Positions 31,705 through 41,255 of a stretch of DNA of 64,000 nt are shown in pieces (the first letter of the stretch is position 1; each line of letters starts with the position of its first letter). Below the pieces are notes generated by a model. That model was given only the letters and a program-made list of their open reading frames with translations. It ran no database searches and was not told where the DNA came from. Origin of the DNA: an uncultured Armatimonadetes bacterium (GTDB taxonomy: Bacteria; Armatimonadota; Hebobacteria; Hebobacterales; Hebobacteraceae). The stretch spans positions 320,001-384,000 of the forward strand of contig OY970296.1 of the NCBI GenBank assembly GCA_963716175.1, given 5' to 3'. A program made the position numbers and the translations under genes.

Positions 31705-31940
31705 TTCCGCCTCCGAGCCATCCGCTCCGAGGTATCCCTCGGAGTCACTCTGCCAACCTTTGCCCCGACGGCAACCCTACTCCTTCCCGCACCAGCATCA
31801 CGTCGGCGGCTCCGCTCCGCATGTTCATCCCTTCTTCATGCAATGCACCGCCCGGACGCGGACCCGAGCCCGGCGAATCCGGCCGAGGTCCAGGTGACGA
31901 TGCCATTTGCCAAGCACCGGCCCCAGTGGCACAGCCCCCG

Positions 31941-33263
31941 TCAGGCGGCCAACTCCTTCAGCAGTTGCACCGCGGCTTCCAGCATCTTCGTGCCCGTCCC
32001 GCGGGGTATTACCGAGGTGTAAACCTCATACGATCCCTGCTCGAACGCGGTATCGCTGGGCACATAGCCGACCGTACCGTTCGACAGCTCGCCAACGAGA
32101 GTGCGGCTGAAGGGCGATTCCTTCTTGATCCCCAGCCCGATCTCGACGAAGATCTCGCCAGGCAGGGATGCCAGCCCCACTTCCCCGATGCGCATCGCCT
32201 GCATCGGCGCGGGGCGCTCCCGCGGCGTGTTCACCAGGTCGAGCACCCGGGTCGCCTTCAGCCACGCCGGATCCGCGCTGGTGGCCTGCCGGGCCTGGTG
32301 CTGGGAATCGGGTTGCGCCAGTCGTTCCTTGGCCGCGGCGATCTGGGCCTCGCTGACTTCCTCCCGCCTGATGGTCAGCGTGGCGTTGGCTGCACCGAGG
32401 ACTGCCGATGGCTCGTATCGGTGGATGTTGTTCCAGGCCTGGAAGGCCACCCCGGCCACCACGTTCGCCACTCGGTCCACCTGGTAGTGCGAGTAGGGGT
32501 ACTCTCGCTCGGGCCCAAACACGTCAATGTTGTTGACATCGCCGCAGCACCCGTTGAGCATGATCCCCACGAGCTCGCGCCCAGCCAGGCGTTGGATGGT
32601 TCGGTCGAACGCACCGAAGTAGTCGGCGCTGATGGTCTCGTGACCGCTAGGGCCGGGCCCGACGTAATGCAAGGCATAGTTGGCCAGCAGCGCGATGGGA
32701 TGCCTCTGCTCGTCGAGAAACACGAGCACGCCCACTTCCGGGTCGGTGGGCCCGGCCGGCCTCACCACCTCCGGCCGGCGGCCCGGGTTGGTGATGACCG
32801 TTGCGTCCTGCATGAAGTAGCGCCGGTTGAAAACCTCACCCGGGCAGCTGCCCGATGCGTGCCCGACCAGCGCCGGACGCAGCCGGTTCTGCGCCAGCTT
32901 GACGCTGCTCGCAACCCGGTCCGGCAACTGGGCCATGAACTCTTCCTCGCGCGGCACTTCGTAGCCGCGCTCCGTCGCCGGGCCGAAGTGGGTGTGGGTC
33001 GCGGCCACGAGAATATGGCTGCTCGGAATCCCGGTCAGCTCCTGAGCCCGTGCCCTCGCTCTATCCACATCCTCCTTCGGCAGGCCAATGACATCGCAGA
33101 CGACGATGGCCAGCGAGGAATCACTCGATTCGAGCACGATGGACTTGGCATAGAGGTCATCGCGAATATCATCCGCAATTCGGTCGTGATAGTAGCCCGA
33201 GATATGACACCCCAGCGGCGGAGTCATCACCATCCGCGCTGCGCCGGCTCGTAGCGCGCTCAC
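31941..33263 (-). CDS. Neutral/alkaline ceramidase N-terminal-domain family hydrolase
   Basis: ATHTHFGP, NRR, GPTDPEV, NYALH, ISADYFG, GCCGDVN, PGEIF, GYVP..AFEQGSYE. Confidence 0.8.
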   Translation of the reverse strand: MSALRAGAARMVMTPPLGCHISGYYHDRIADDIRDDLYAKSIVLESSDSSLAIVVCDVIGLPKEDVDRARARAQELTGIPSSHILVAATHTHFGPATERGYEVPREEEFMAQLPDRVASSVKLAQNRLRPALVGHASGSCPGEVFNRRYFMQDATVITNPGRRPEVVRPAGPTDPEVGVLVFLDEQRHPIALLANYALHYVGPGPSGHETISADYFGAFDRTIQRLAGRELVGIMLNGCCGDVNNIDVFGPEREYPYSHYQVDRVANVVAGVAFQAWNNIHRYEPSAVLGAANATLTIRREEVSEAQIAAAKERLAQPDSQHQARQATSADPAWLKATRVLDLVNTPRERPAPMQAMRIGEVGLASLPGEIFVEIGLGIKKESPFSRTLVGELSNGTVGYVPSDTAFEQGSYEVYTSVIPRGTGTKMLEAAVQLLKELAA

Positions 33264-33540
33264 CTATCGCTCCTCTCGCATCTTCAATGTCATTTCTCCC
33301 AGGTTCTCGCCGGGGCCGTCGCTCCCTTTCTCGTGGGTGACTTCCCCGCTCAAGTGGCAAGCGCACACGGGGCTGGTCAACGGGGTGATGCACGGCTCCA
33401 GCAGCCATGAGGGAAGGCAGGCCATGAGGATTCTGCTTGCTCCGATGGCGCTTTCGGCCGCGGGGTGCACTGCTTCCTGCGGCCGCCTCCGTCCTGCGCA
33501 GAGGCGATCGCCTGCGGTCGCAGCCCCTACCAGAAGACGC

Positions 33541-33574
33541 CCGGGCGCCAGAGCCTAATCGGCCTGGCGCCCGG
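33541..33574 (-). terminator. Hairpin immediately after modA
   Basis: CCGGGCGCCAG...CTGGCGCCCGG inverted repeat just past the stop codon. Confidence 0.6.
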
Positions 33575-33585
33575 TCTGGGTGTGT

Positions 33586-34392
33586 CTAGATCTTGGGGGG
33601 CTTGACGCTGTAGCCGTGCTTGGCGAAGATGGCTTTGCCTTTGGCCGAGGTGACGAAGTTGATGAACTCCTGGGCCTCCTCGCGCTGCTTGGAGTAGACT
33701 GCCACCGCGGCCGGCACGTTCCGCACTCTCAGCAGCTTCGCCGGGATCTTCACGAGGTCTATCTTGTCCGGCGCCCAGGACTTGAAGGAGTCCCAGCCGA
33801 TGATGGCGTCCACCTCGCCCAGCTCGACGAGCTGCTCCGTCTGCTCGCAGCTCCCCGCGTAGGTGATGACGTTCTTCGTCACTTGCTCCTCAAGGCCAGC
33901 TCCCTTGAGGACCTCCACCGCGACATCGCCGAGGCACACGGCTCCGGCCCTTGCCAGGCCCACCTTGAGCCCCGGGCGCGCCAGATCGGCGAGCGACTTG
34001 ATGCTCTTGGGATTGCCGTGCTGAATGCAGATCGTAGGCACCAGGTAGGCCACGATCTTACGCGTCGCCGGCACCACCACCTTCTGCTTCTCAGCCTTAT
34101 CCATGAAGTCGTCGGAACCGGGCATGTAGATGTCGCCCGTCTCCTCGAGCTTCATCTGGTTCAGCAGGGTGCCGCTGCCGCCGAAGGTCATATCCACGGT
34201 GATGTTGGGGTGCATCTTCTCGAAGACCGCCTTGGCTTCCAAGGCCGGAGGCTTGCTCGCCGAGCCGATGAAGGCGGTGAGCCGAACCTGCCTGGCGGCC
34301 GGCTTCCCCAAGCTCGCAAGCATCGAGAATCCGAGCGTGAGCGCGAGCACCGCGAACGTAAGCATTGTTCGACCGATGAGACGCATCTCCAT
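33586..34392 (-). CDS. modA: Molybdate/tungstate ABC transporter substrate-binding protein
   Basis: Signal peptide; FGGSGTLL.Q, GDIYMPGS, GNPK.IKSL.DL, GEVDA.IGW, G.AIF.KHGY. Confidence 0.85.
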   Translation of the reverse strand: MEMRLIGRTMLTFAVLALTLGFSMLASLGKPAARQVRLTAFIGSASKPPALEAKAVFEKMHPNITVDMTFGGSGTLLNQMKLEETGDIYMPGSDDFMDKAEKQKVVVPATRKIVAYLVPTICIQHGNPKSIKSLADLARPGLKVGLARAGAVCLGDVAVEVLKGAGLEEQVTKNVITYAGSCEQTEQLVELGEVDAIIGWDSFKSWAPDKIDLVKIPAKLLRVRNVPAAVAVYSKQREEAQEFINFVTSAKGKAIFAKHGYSVKPPKI

Positions 34393-34420
34393 CCTCCTGT
34401 AAGACGTGAGATCGCGAGAC

Positions 34421-35851
34421 TCAGAATTTCAGCTGCATCTGCGCGTAGACCGCGTTTCCGTCCCACTTGGTGAGCTCGGAGAACTTCGGGCCGACATTCC
34501 GCAGCTCCCAGACCAGGGTGAGCCGGGTAGCCTTGTCCAGGTCGTACCAGTAGCCCAGGCTCCAGCGCTTGAAGAGGTCGTCCGGCTTGGCCCGGTTCTC
34601 GTCGAACTGATCGTACTTCACGAAGAGCAGATTAGGCTTGCTGGGGGTAACCGGGTGGCCAAGCTGCCAGTAGTAACCGCGCATATCCTTGCCCTTGTCG
34701 TTGCCGGTGACCCATTCGCTCAGGAATTGCGTCTCGCCCCAGTGGTAACGGGCGCTAACTCCATCGCGGTCTTGGCGGGTGACCGCCGCGCCCTCGCCGT
34801 TGGTGCCCGTGTACCCCGAGAGCGCCACGGAGCCGTTCTTCAGCGGGAAGTCTACTCGACCCAGGAGGTTGGACTTGTTGTTATTGTCCACCGCATCAAT
34901 GTTCGTCCCATTGACCAGGGCGACATCGAACATGGGCGAGGTGGGCTTGCGCCGGTAGTTCACGAAGGCGCCGATGTCTCTCTGGTCCGGAAAGAGGCGA
35001 TCCATCCAGAATGATCGTTCCCCGGTCCACAAGTTGGGTACAGACTCCTCCAGCTCGTAGCCCCAGGGCAGAATCGCCTGGCCCATGCGGAACCTTGATT
35101 CCGGGCTGAGCTTGTAGTCAATGTACGCGGTGCGCAGCTGCGCTTTGCTGCCGGGGCCCTTTCCCTGCTCCTTGGAATCGAACTGCATCTCAACCCGGTA
35201 GGAGGCCTTCTCGCTCACCGGCCCCCGCACGTTCACGCGCACCCGGCGCACCTGGAACTCGCGCCGCCCATCGGTGGCATTATCGTCCCGGTAGCGCAGT
35301 TGCATGTAGCCGTCAATCTGGTGCGCCTTGCGCTCCACCTCCACCTTGGCGAGCCGTGTCTGCACGTCTTTCATCGCTGCCGCCAAGTCATCCACGCGCA
35401 CCCCCATTGCGACCAACTCAGAGTGAAACTCATCCAGCAGCTTCTCCACCCGCGCGATGTTCTCAGGGCTCAGGCCCTGCGGCGATGGCGCCTCTCCTGC
35501 CGGGCTGCCTGCCACGGGCGGCGCCTCAGCAGTCGTGGCCGCCGTCTCCGCCCGCGCGGTCTGCAACAAGGTCTGCCCCTGCTGTTGACAGGCCTTACCT
35601 AGACCCTCGACTGCGCGCAGTGTCAGTGCCGCCGCCTCAAAGCGGCTCAGGCGGTCTGTCCACGTGCTCAACGGCGCTGCCGGGTGACCGCTGAGCAATC
35701 CTGCCTGCGCTAGCCTGTCCAGCTCAGCGTACTGCCAGTCACCTGCGCCTATCGTCTCCGTGCCTCCCCAGGCAGCGACAACGCAGGCCAGCACCAGAAC
35801 CGTGGCCGCCAGCAGCGCGAAGCTGTGCCTCCCTCGCCATCCGACCTCCAT
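34421..35851 (-). CDS. Outer-membrane porin (OprO/P-like barrel) with an N-terminal SLH-like plus coiled-coil stalk
   Basis: Signal peptide; W.Y..L..L...GLL.G.P..LSRFEAA (SLH-like); KLLDEF..EL...GVRV..L coiled coil; IDGYMQLRY, VRRVRV, AYIDY, RDIG; terminal Phe. Confidence 0.8.
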   Translation of the reverse strand: MEVGWRGRHSFALLAATVLVLACVVAAWGGTETIGAGDWQYAELDRLAQAGLLSGHPAAPLSTWTDRLSRFEAAALTLRAVEGLGKACQQQGQTLLQTARAETAATTAEAPPVAGSPAGEAPSPQGLSPENIARVEKLLDEFHSELVAMGVRVDDLAAAMKDVQTRLAKVEVERKAHQIDGYMQLRYRDDNATDGRREFQVRRVRVNVRGPVSEKASYRVEMQFDSKEQGKGPGSKAQLRTAYIDYKLSPESRFRMGQAILPWGYELEESVPNLWTGERSFWMDRLFPDQRDIGAFVNYRRKPTSPMFDVALVNGTNIDAVDNNNKSNLLGRVDFPLKNGSVALSGYTGTNGEGAAVTRQDRDGVSARYHWGETQFLSEWVTGNDKGKDMRGYYWQLGHPVTPSKPNLLFVKYDQFDENRAKPDDLFKRWSLGYWYDLDKATRLTLVWELRNVGPKFSELTKWDGNAVYAQMQLKF

Positions 35852-36269
35852 CCTTGCCTCCTCTCCAACCGTCGGTTGCACGGGAGGATACTACGACTCA
35901 TCTGTGTCACTCCCAACAAGGACTGCGCACATATCCGTGAACGCGGTCCGGTGCTATCTTCTGGGCGAGATCATCTACTCGTCAGGCTAGGGGCTTGCCA
36001 GAGGCACGTCTCGGCTTGCGGAGCTATGAACGAATAGAGTCAAGTCGAGGTTGCTCGCGGCGGCCTGGCGCTTGCTGGCGCGTTGGGGCGGCCACGAAGG
36101 CGCCGGGAGCGGCACCCATCGCGTAACGGATGGGCCATCCGAGGCGCCGAGGGTGGCGGCCAAGAGGATGTCGCAGTGTGCTGATCGAACCGCACCCGGA
36201 ACTGCACCGAGGCCTGACTGGCGCAGCCGTGGCAGAGGGGGCAGACCGGGAACCACAGAGGAAGATGAG

Positions 36270-37211
36270 ATGCCGAACCGCGACGACGTGGCTGAGCTGA
36301 CTGGGAAGGTGAAGCGGGCGGCGATGGAAGAGGGCGCGGCCCTGGTGGGGGTGGCTCCGGTGGAACGGTTCGATCCCATGCCACCGCGCTACGACGCCCC
36401 GCCGAAGGGAAGTCACCCGCGCGATTTCCTGCCGGAGGCGCGGTCAGTCGTCTCCATTGCCATGCCCATCCTGAACCCGGTGCTCGATGCGCCGGCCGCG
36501 CTGGCGGACCGTGAGATGGAGATGATCCCGCCCCACGCGAAGTACGAGTACCTGGAACTGCTCTACGATCGGGTTGGCCACTCCCTTCACGACGTGAAGC
36601 TCGAGCTTATCGCCCAAGCTGTCGGGCAACTGCTGATGAGGCAAGGCTACGACAGCATGATCTTCCCGACCGCAGGGCTGCACCCGCACCTCCAGGGCAT
36701 GAGCGACGTGGAAATCTGGGAGACTCATCCGGACCACGCGCCCTTCCAGTATACCTTCGGCCCGTTCTCTCACCGCCACGCGGCCACGCGAGCGGGGCTC
36801 GGCGAGTTCGGCTATAACAACCTTGTGCTCACCAGAGAGTTCGGCGCCCGGCAGCGCCTCAACTCGATCATCACCGACGCCGAGCTGAAGCCTGATCCAC
36901 TGATCACCGATCCCATCTGCCTCCGCGACAGCTGCAAGCTGTGCCTGAAGGCTTGCATCGCCCAGGCCATCACCATGCGAGACGATCCGGAGGTGCGTGA
37001 CTATCGTTCAGTTGAGAGCGATGATCACCGTCGCATCTTCGTAGACACGCCCGCAAAGACGGACCCCAAGCTGTGCCGCCGCCGCAGGGACGGCATTCCC
37101 GACTCGCCGGTTCGGGGCGACTGCATCCGGATCTGCCCGCTGCCCCGGGAACCCCGACATCTGCCGAAGCGACTGCGAGCGATGGTGGAGGAATGGAGGG
37201 CAGGCCGCTGA
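36270..37211 (+). CDS. QueG/reductive-dehalogenase-like 4Fe-4S protein
   Basis: GAALVGVA, P.DFLPEARSVVS, SHRHAA.RAGLGEFG.N.L, IITDAEL.PDP, C..SCKLCLKAC. Confidence 0.75.
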   Translation: MPNRDDVAELTGKVKRAAMEEGAALVGVAPVERFDPMPPRYDAPPKGSHPRDFLPEARSVVSIAMPILNPVLDAPAALADREMEMIPPHAKYEYLELLYDRVGHSLHDVKLELIAQAVGQLLMRQGYDSMIFPTAGLHPHLQGMSDVEIWETHPDHAPFQYTFGPFSHRHAATRAGLGEFGYNNLVLTREFGARQRLNSIITDAELKPDPLITDPICLRDSCKLCLKACIAQAITMRDDPEVRDYRSVESDDHRRIFVDTPAKTDPKLCRRRRDGIPDSPVRGDCIRICPLPREPRHLPKRLRAMVEEWRAGR

Positions 37212-37284
37212 CCCGGTCGCGATGCCAACCCCGGAGGTCCGCTCAGGCGTGAGCCGGCCACCCCGCGGTCCGGCCTGGGCTGCC

Positions 37285-39258
37285 CTATGCCCGCCTACCC
37301 AGCACCGCGAAGACCAGCTCGCGCAGGAGCGCGGTGGTGGCATCACCGACCAACAGACCCAGGAACACAGGCAGCGCGGTGCGGTGTGCCCGCAGGCCGC
37401 CGTAGCGGAGCAACAGCGACTTGATCAGCCAGGTGAGGAAGAGCGCCGGCACAATCCCTGCGATGGTGTTCGACATGGCGATGGGAAAAGCCACCGGGTG
37501 CAGCGGCCACCAGACGTATCGCAGCTTCAGGTAGTAGAGCAGCGATGTCACTGCGGCGGAAAACAACATTGCCAGCGACCCGCTGAGATCCGGGTGTGTG
37601 GGGTTCTCGAGCTGGGAGCGAAGCTCATCGGTGGCCCACCCACCAATGAGCAGGTTGTAGACGTGGGTGTCCCCCGAAGTCATCCCCAGGTGGTAGCCTA
37701 CGCGGAGGGTGGCCCAAAAGTAGGCGAGCAGCGCCAGCACTGGCACCACCGCCATGGCTGCGGCGAGCCGCCGCCGCTCCATCCGACCTCCCTCTGCCAT
37801 CTTCAGCCCCTCGAGCTGCACAGGCATCGGGTGGTTGCGCTGCTCCAGGAGCAGCGGCCGCAGCATGTAGAACATGCCCATGGTGCGCGGCCCGAGGGCG
37901 CCCGTGCCCGCCACCGTAGGCAGGACCCAGCTCGGCATCGCCCCGTAGAGCTGGTGGCTCGGCGCGCCGAGCTGCGCGCGCACCCGGCACATGATCATCA
38001 CCATCAGGAAGTAGTGCCCAAGGAAGATCGCGGTCACCCAGGCGGCCAGGCCGCCGCGCTGCAGCAGCCACCACAGCACCGCCAGCCCTGCCAGCCCGCC
38101 CAGCACCGCGGTGCGGTAGCTGAGCGCCTCCTCCCGGTCCTCGCACAGCGGCGACCGCAGCCCGGCCGCTCTCCGCAGCACCTGCACCAGAAAGCGCCGG
38201 TCCAGCCATAGCACCACCAGTGCCAGCGCGATGAAGCCACCCGCGGTCTGCTGCTCGCCATAGGGGAATCCCGACCACTTGTTGACACACCATCCGAGCT
38301 GGCCCGACACCACGTACTCCGCAGCCCACACCCAGCCGAACACGAACAGGGAGAACGCAAGGTCCAGCGGGATCAGGTAAGTCAGCCCCAGGTACCATGG
38401 CGCCCACGATAGGTCGTAGAATCGCAGGAAACTCCAGGGAGGGTTGTTCTCCACCAAGGTGGCGAAGTTCCAGCTCATCGGCACTCGTGGCAGGCTAGGT
38501 ACCAGCCCGACCAAGGTGTTCCAGACCGCGATGCCGGCCGCCGCCCCCGCGCCAAGCCAGAACAGCTTGCTTCCGAACAGGGCATAGCGGTCGTCGGCGA
38601 GCTGGACGGGCAGCACGGTCATGGGAAATGCGAGCTTCTCTTGGTCGGCCCACCGGCGGCGCAGGATGGAGTTCATGCACAAGCCCACCCACATGATGGC
38701 CGCCACCAGGCAAGTCCACCACAGCGCCGGTGTTGCCCAGGCCTTCAGAATCCGCGCCGCGTACGGGCTCGTGTTCCCGTAGTAGAACCCCTCCAACACC
38801 TCCCGATCTTGCACCGTCAGCCAGCTTGGCAGATTGGGCCACACGATCTCCTGCCAGCGGTTCTGAGCGGTGGCGAACCAGAAGGGATAGGTCATGTAGA
38901 TGTAGGTGGAGCCGCCTATGTCCCACAGGCTGCACGTCAGGCCCGTGCCGAGCGCCAGCATTAGGTAGATGGTGAGCAGCTCCCCCGCAGAGAACGCCCA
39001 CTGCGGCCTCCGGTGCTGAAACCAGCGGTTCAGCAGTGCGCCCAGAAAGAGCGCGCCGACGGTATTGATGAACAGCGAGTCATCTCCGGTTATCCCCGCC
39101 CACAGCCACAGCCCCCGCACCAGGAACAGCACGTTGAGGGGGGTAAGCGCGAGGCCGAGCACAACCGCGCGGGCGGTGACGCCTCCGCGCCGGGTGGCCG
39201 GCGCGACTGCAATCACTTCCCTGTCGGCCGCGCTCATATCAGGCGGAATGGCACCCAC
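37285..39258 (-). CDS. DUF6785/DUF6784 family polytopic membrane protein (second copy)
   Basis: RRWADQEKLAFPM, FWLG, RAQLG, WWPLHPVAF, LRYGGLR.HR..LPVFLGLLVGD. Confidence 0.78.
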   Translation of the reverse strand: MGAIPPDMSAADREVIAVAPATRRGGVTARAVVLGLALTPLNVLFLVRGLWLWAGITGDDSLFINTVGALFLGALLNRWFQHRRPQWAFSAGELLTIYLMLALGTGLTCSLWDIGGSTYIYMTYPFWFATAQNRWQEIVWPNLPSWLTVQDREVLEGFYYGNTSPYAARILKAWATPALWWTCLVAAIMWVGLCMNSILRRRWADQEKLAFPMTVLPVQLADDRYALFGSKLFWLGAGAAAGIAVWNTLVGLVPSLPRVPMSWNFATLVENNPPWSFLRFYDLSWAPWYLGLTYLIPLDLAFSLFVFGWVWAAEYVVSGQLGWCVNKWSGFPYGEQQTAGGFIALALVVLWLDRRFLVQVLRRAAGLRSPLCEDREEALSYRTAVLGGLAGLAVLWWLLQRGGLAAWVTAIFLGHYFLMVMIMCRVRAQLGAPSHQLYGAMPSWVLPTVAGTGALGPRTMGMFYMLRPLLLEQRNHPMPVQLEGLKMAEGGRMERRRLAAAMAVVPVLALLAYFWATLRVGYHLGMTSGDTHVYNLLIGGWATDELRSQLENPTHPDLSGSLAMLFSAAVTSLLYYLKLRYVWWPLHPVAFPIAMSNTIAGIVPALFLTWLIKSLLLRYGGLRAHRTALPVFLGLLVGDATTALLRELVFAVLGRRA

Positions 39259-39790
39259 TCGGAGGAACGGCTATCTGAGCCATCACAACGATCTCCTCCC
39301 GCGGAGCTTCGAAAAGGTGCTCGTGGCAAAGACACCTAGGTCAGGAGGAGACGGACCACAATCCAGATTGAACCTGATGCTCACAGGTGGTCTTCGGGGA
39401 TGCGGAGTCTCGGTCCTGCCAGCGGACAGCTTCGCGAGCTGGGAGAGGTGAGCAGCGACCGGGGCACGCTCAGGTTGAGACTGGAGCAGGTAGCTGCTCC
39501 GCTCGCCGCCTGTGTCCGTCGGCGAGCGATGGGGGGCATCTGGGCAGCGCCTCCGGCCCCCGCTTTCGGGCCGAGGGGCAGAACTGCGGTACAGCGTCCT
39601 TCCTGCACTGCACACCGGATGATGACGTGACGCTGACCGTCCATGCTCGCCCCTATGCGCGCCACACCGCGATTGCCCGCAGGGAGGCGATTCGGCGGTG
39701 CCGAACGGTCTCGCAGATCGGCGCCATTGCGAGGCTCCGACAACGTAACCGGCGGCTAGGGCGAGCAGCGGATCCCGAGGACCAGGGATC

Positions 39791-40042
39791 TGCTACCTCT
39801 TCGTAGATCTGCTGAACTGGCGAAAGGCCGCGTTCCCGCTCGTGGTAGTTGGCAGCAATGCTCTCGTCGCCTATATGTCCGGACCGTTCATTGACTTCGA
39901 CGGCATCGCGGGCAGCTTCGTGGGTGGCCTCGAGCTCGTGACTCCGTTCTGGTACCCACTGATCTTCACCGGCGCGGGCTTCCTGGCGCATTGGCTCGTG
40001 CTGCTGTGGATGTACCGCACCAGGACGTTCGTGAAGCTATGA
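39791..40042 (+). pseudogene. C-terminal remnant of a DUF5009/HGSNAT-like membrane acyltransferase
   Basis: CYLFVDLLNWRKAAFPLVVVGSNALVAYM...LWMYRTRTFVKL*; in-frame TAA at 39746 and no N-terminal part. Confidence 0.7.
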
Positions 40043-41122
40043 AGCTGAGCCGAGCAGGTCGCTCAGCTCGAAGGGTTCGGGGCGAGGGCAGCCGCTCTCC
40101 AGGCGGAGGTGGCGTTCCTGTTCCGAGGCCTCGTGGATGGCGTGCATGATGTCGAGCACGTGGTACATCAGCTCACCGCTGGCGCGAGGCGAACGGCCTG
40201 CGTGGATCGCTTGCGCCAATTCGGCCACGCCCAGCCCGCGGCCCCAGGCGGGAAAACCTTTGGGCAGCGACACCTGCTGCACCTCGTCGTCGCCCTGCTG
40301 CAAGGTGACCGTGCCGGTGTACGCGTTCGGGTCGTTGGTGACGAGCACGCCCTCGCTGCCAAGGATCTCCAGCCGCGGATGGTAGCCCGGCACCTCGCAG
40401 GTGGTGGTGATGGCGCCGACGCAGCCGCTCGCGAAGTCAAGCACGCCGGAGATGTTACCGGGGCGCGTGACGGAGTAAGTCTTGCCGTGATCGGGGGAAT
40501 CCGCCGGGTAGCGCTTCTCTCGGAAAGGGGTCTGAGCGGAGCCCGTGACGCGCCGCACCGGGCCCAGCAGCGAGACCAGCGCGGTCAGGTAGTACGGGCC
40601 CATGTCGAACATCGGGCCTGTGAAGATGTTGTAGTAGCGCTCCGAGCCGTGGCCGGCGGCGAGCAGTGCCTGGCCGGTGATGGGCGTGCCGATGGCGCCA
40701 TCATCAATCAGCCGTCGGCAGGCCTGCAGGCCGGCGCCAAGAAAGGTGTCGGCCGCGCCCGCGAGCAGCAGGCCGCGGCGCCGCGCGGCCTCGACGATCT
40801 CTTTCCCCAGCTCGCGGTTCACGGTAAGCGGCTTCTCCGAGAAGACGTGCTTGCCCGTCTCGAATGCGGCCATGGTCACCTCATAGTGCTGCGCGGGCAT
40901 GGTGAGGTTGACCACGATCTCGATCTCCGGGTCGGCCATCAGCTCCTCGGTAGTGCACACTCTGGGCACACCGAACTGGGCGGCGCGCTGCTGGGCGCGT
41001 TCGGGGATGAGGTCGGAACAGGCGGTCACCTGCACTAGGTCGGAGAGCATGCCCGTGAGGTGCTCGAGGTAGCTGCCGCTGATCTCGCCGCAGCCGACGA
41101 TGCCGGTCTTGACTGCCTTCAC
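40037..41122 (-). CDS. Gfo/Idh/MocA family oxidoreductase
   Basis: GIVGCGEIS, GKHVFSEKPL, DMGPYY; GTG start after GGAGG. Confidence 0.9.
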   Translation of the reverse strand: MKAVKTGIVGCGEISGSYLEHLTGMLSDLVQVTACSDLIPERAQQRAAQFGVPRVCTTEELMADPEIEIVVNLTMPAQHYEVTMAAFETGKHVFSEKPLTVNRELGKEIVEAARRRGLLLAGAADTFLGAGLQACRRLIDDGAIGTPITGQALLAAGHGSERYYNIFTGPMFDMGPYYLTALVSLLGPVRRVTGSAQTPFREKRYPADSPDHGKTYSVTRPGNISGVLDFASGCVGAITTTCEVPGYHPRLEILGSEGVLVTNDPNAYTGTVTLQQGDDEVQQVSLPKGFPAWGRGLGVAELAQAIHAGRSPRASGELMYHVLDIMHAIHEASEQERHLRLESGCPRPEPFELSDLLGSAS

Positions 41123-41255
41123 AGCTATCCCTCCCGAGAGGACATAAGCGGCAGGTTCCATTCGAGGCCGCGGCTCCCTGCACACCTGACCAAACCCATC
41201 CCACCTCCCCGGGCAGGTCTCACGGCCTTCCCGCCAGCAGGCTGATCCGGGAGGA

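Noticed and set aside
35852-36050. Moco/Tuco riboswitch or ModE box upstream of porin-modA
   Set aside because: Only CCTCCCGT...GGAGAGGAG resembles the 3' end of the motif. The core stems are not recognisable, a -10-like TAGTAT/TATCCT lies right there leaving no room, and there is no convincing ModE palindrome.
39387-39806. Short ORFs in the gap between the DUF6785 gene and the acyltransferase remnant
   Set aside because: No recognisable motifs or coding-like composition.
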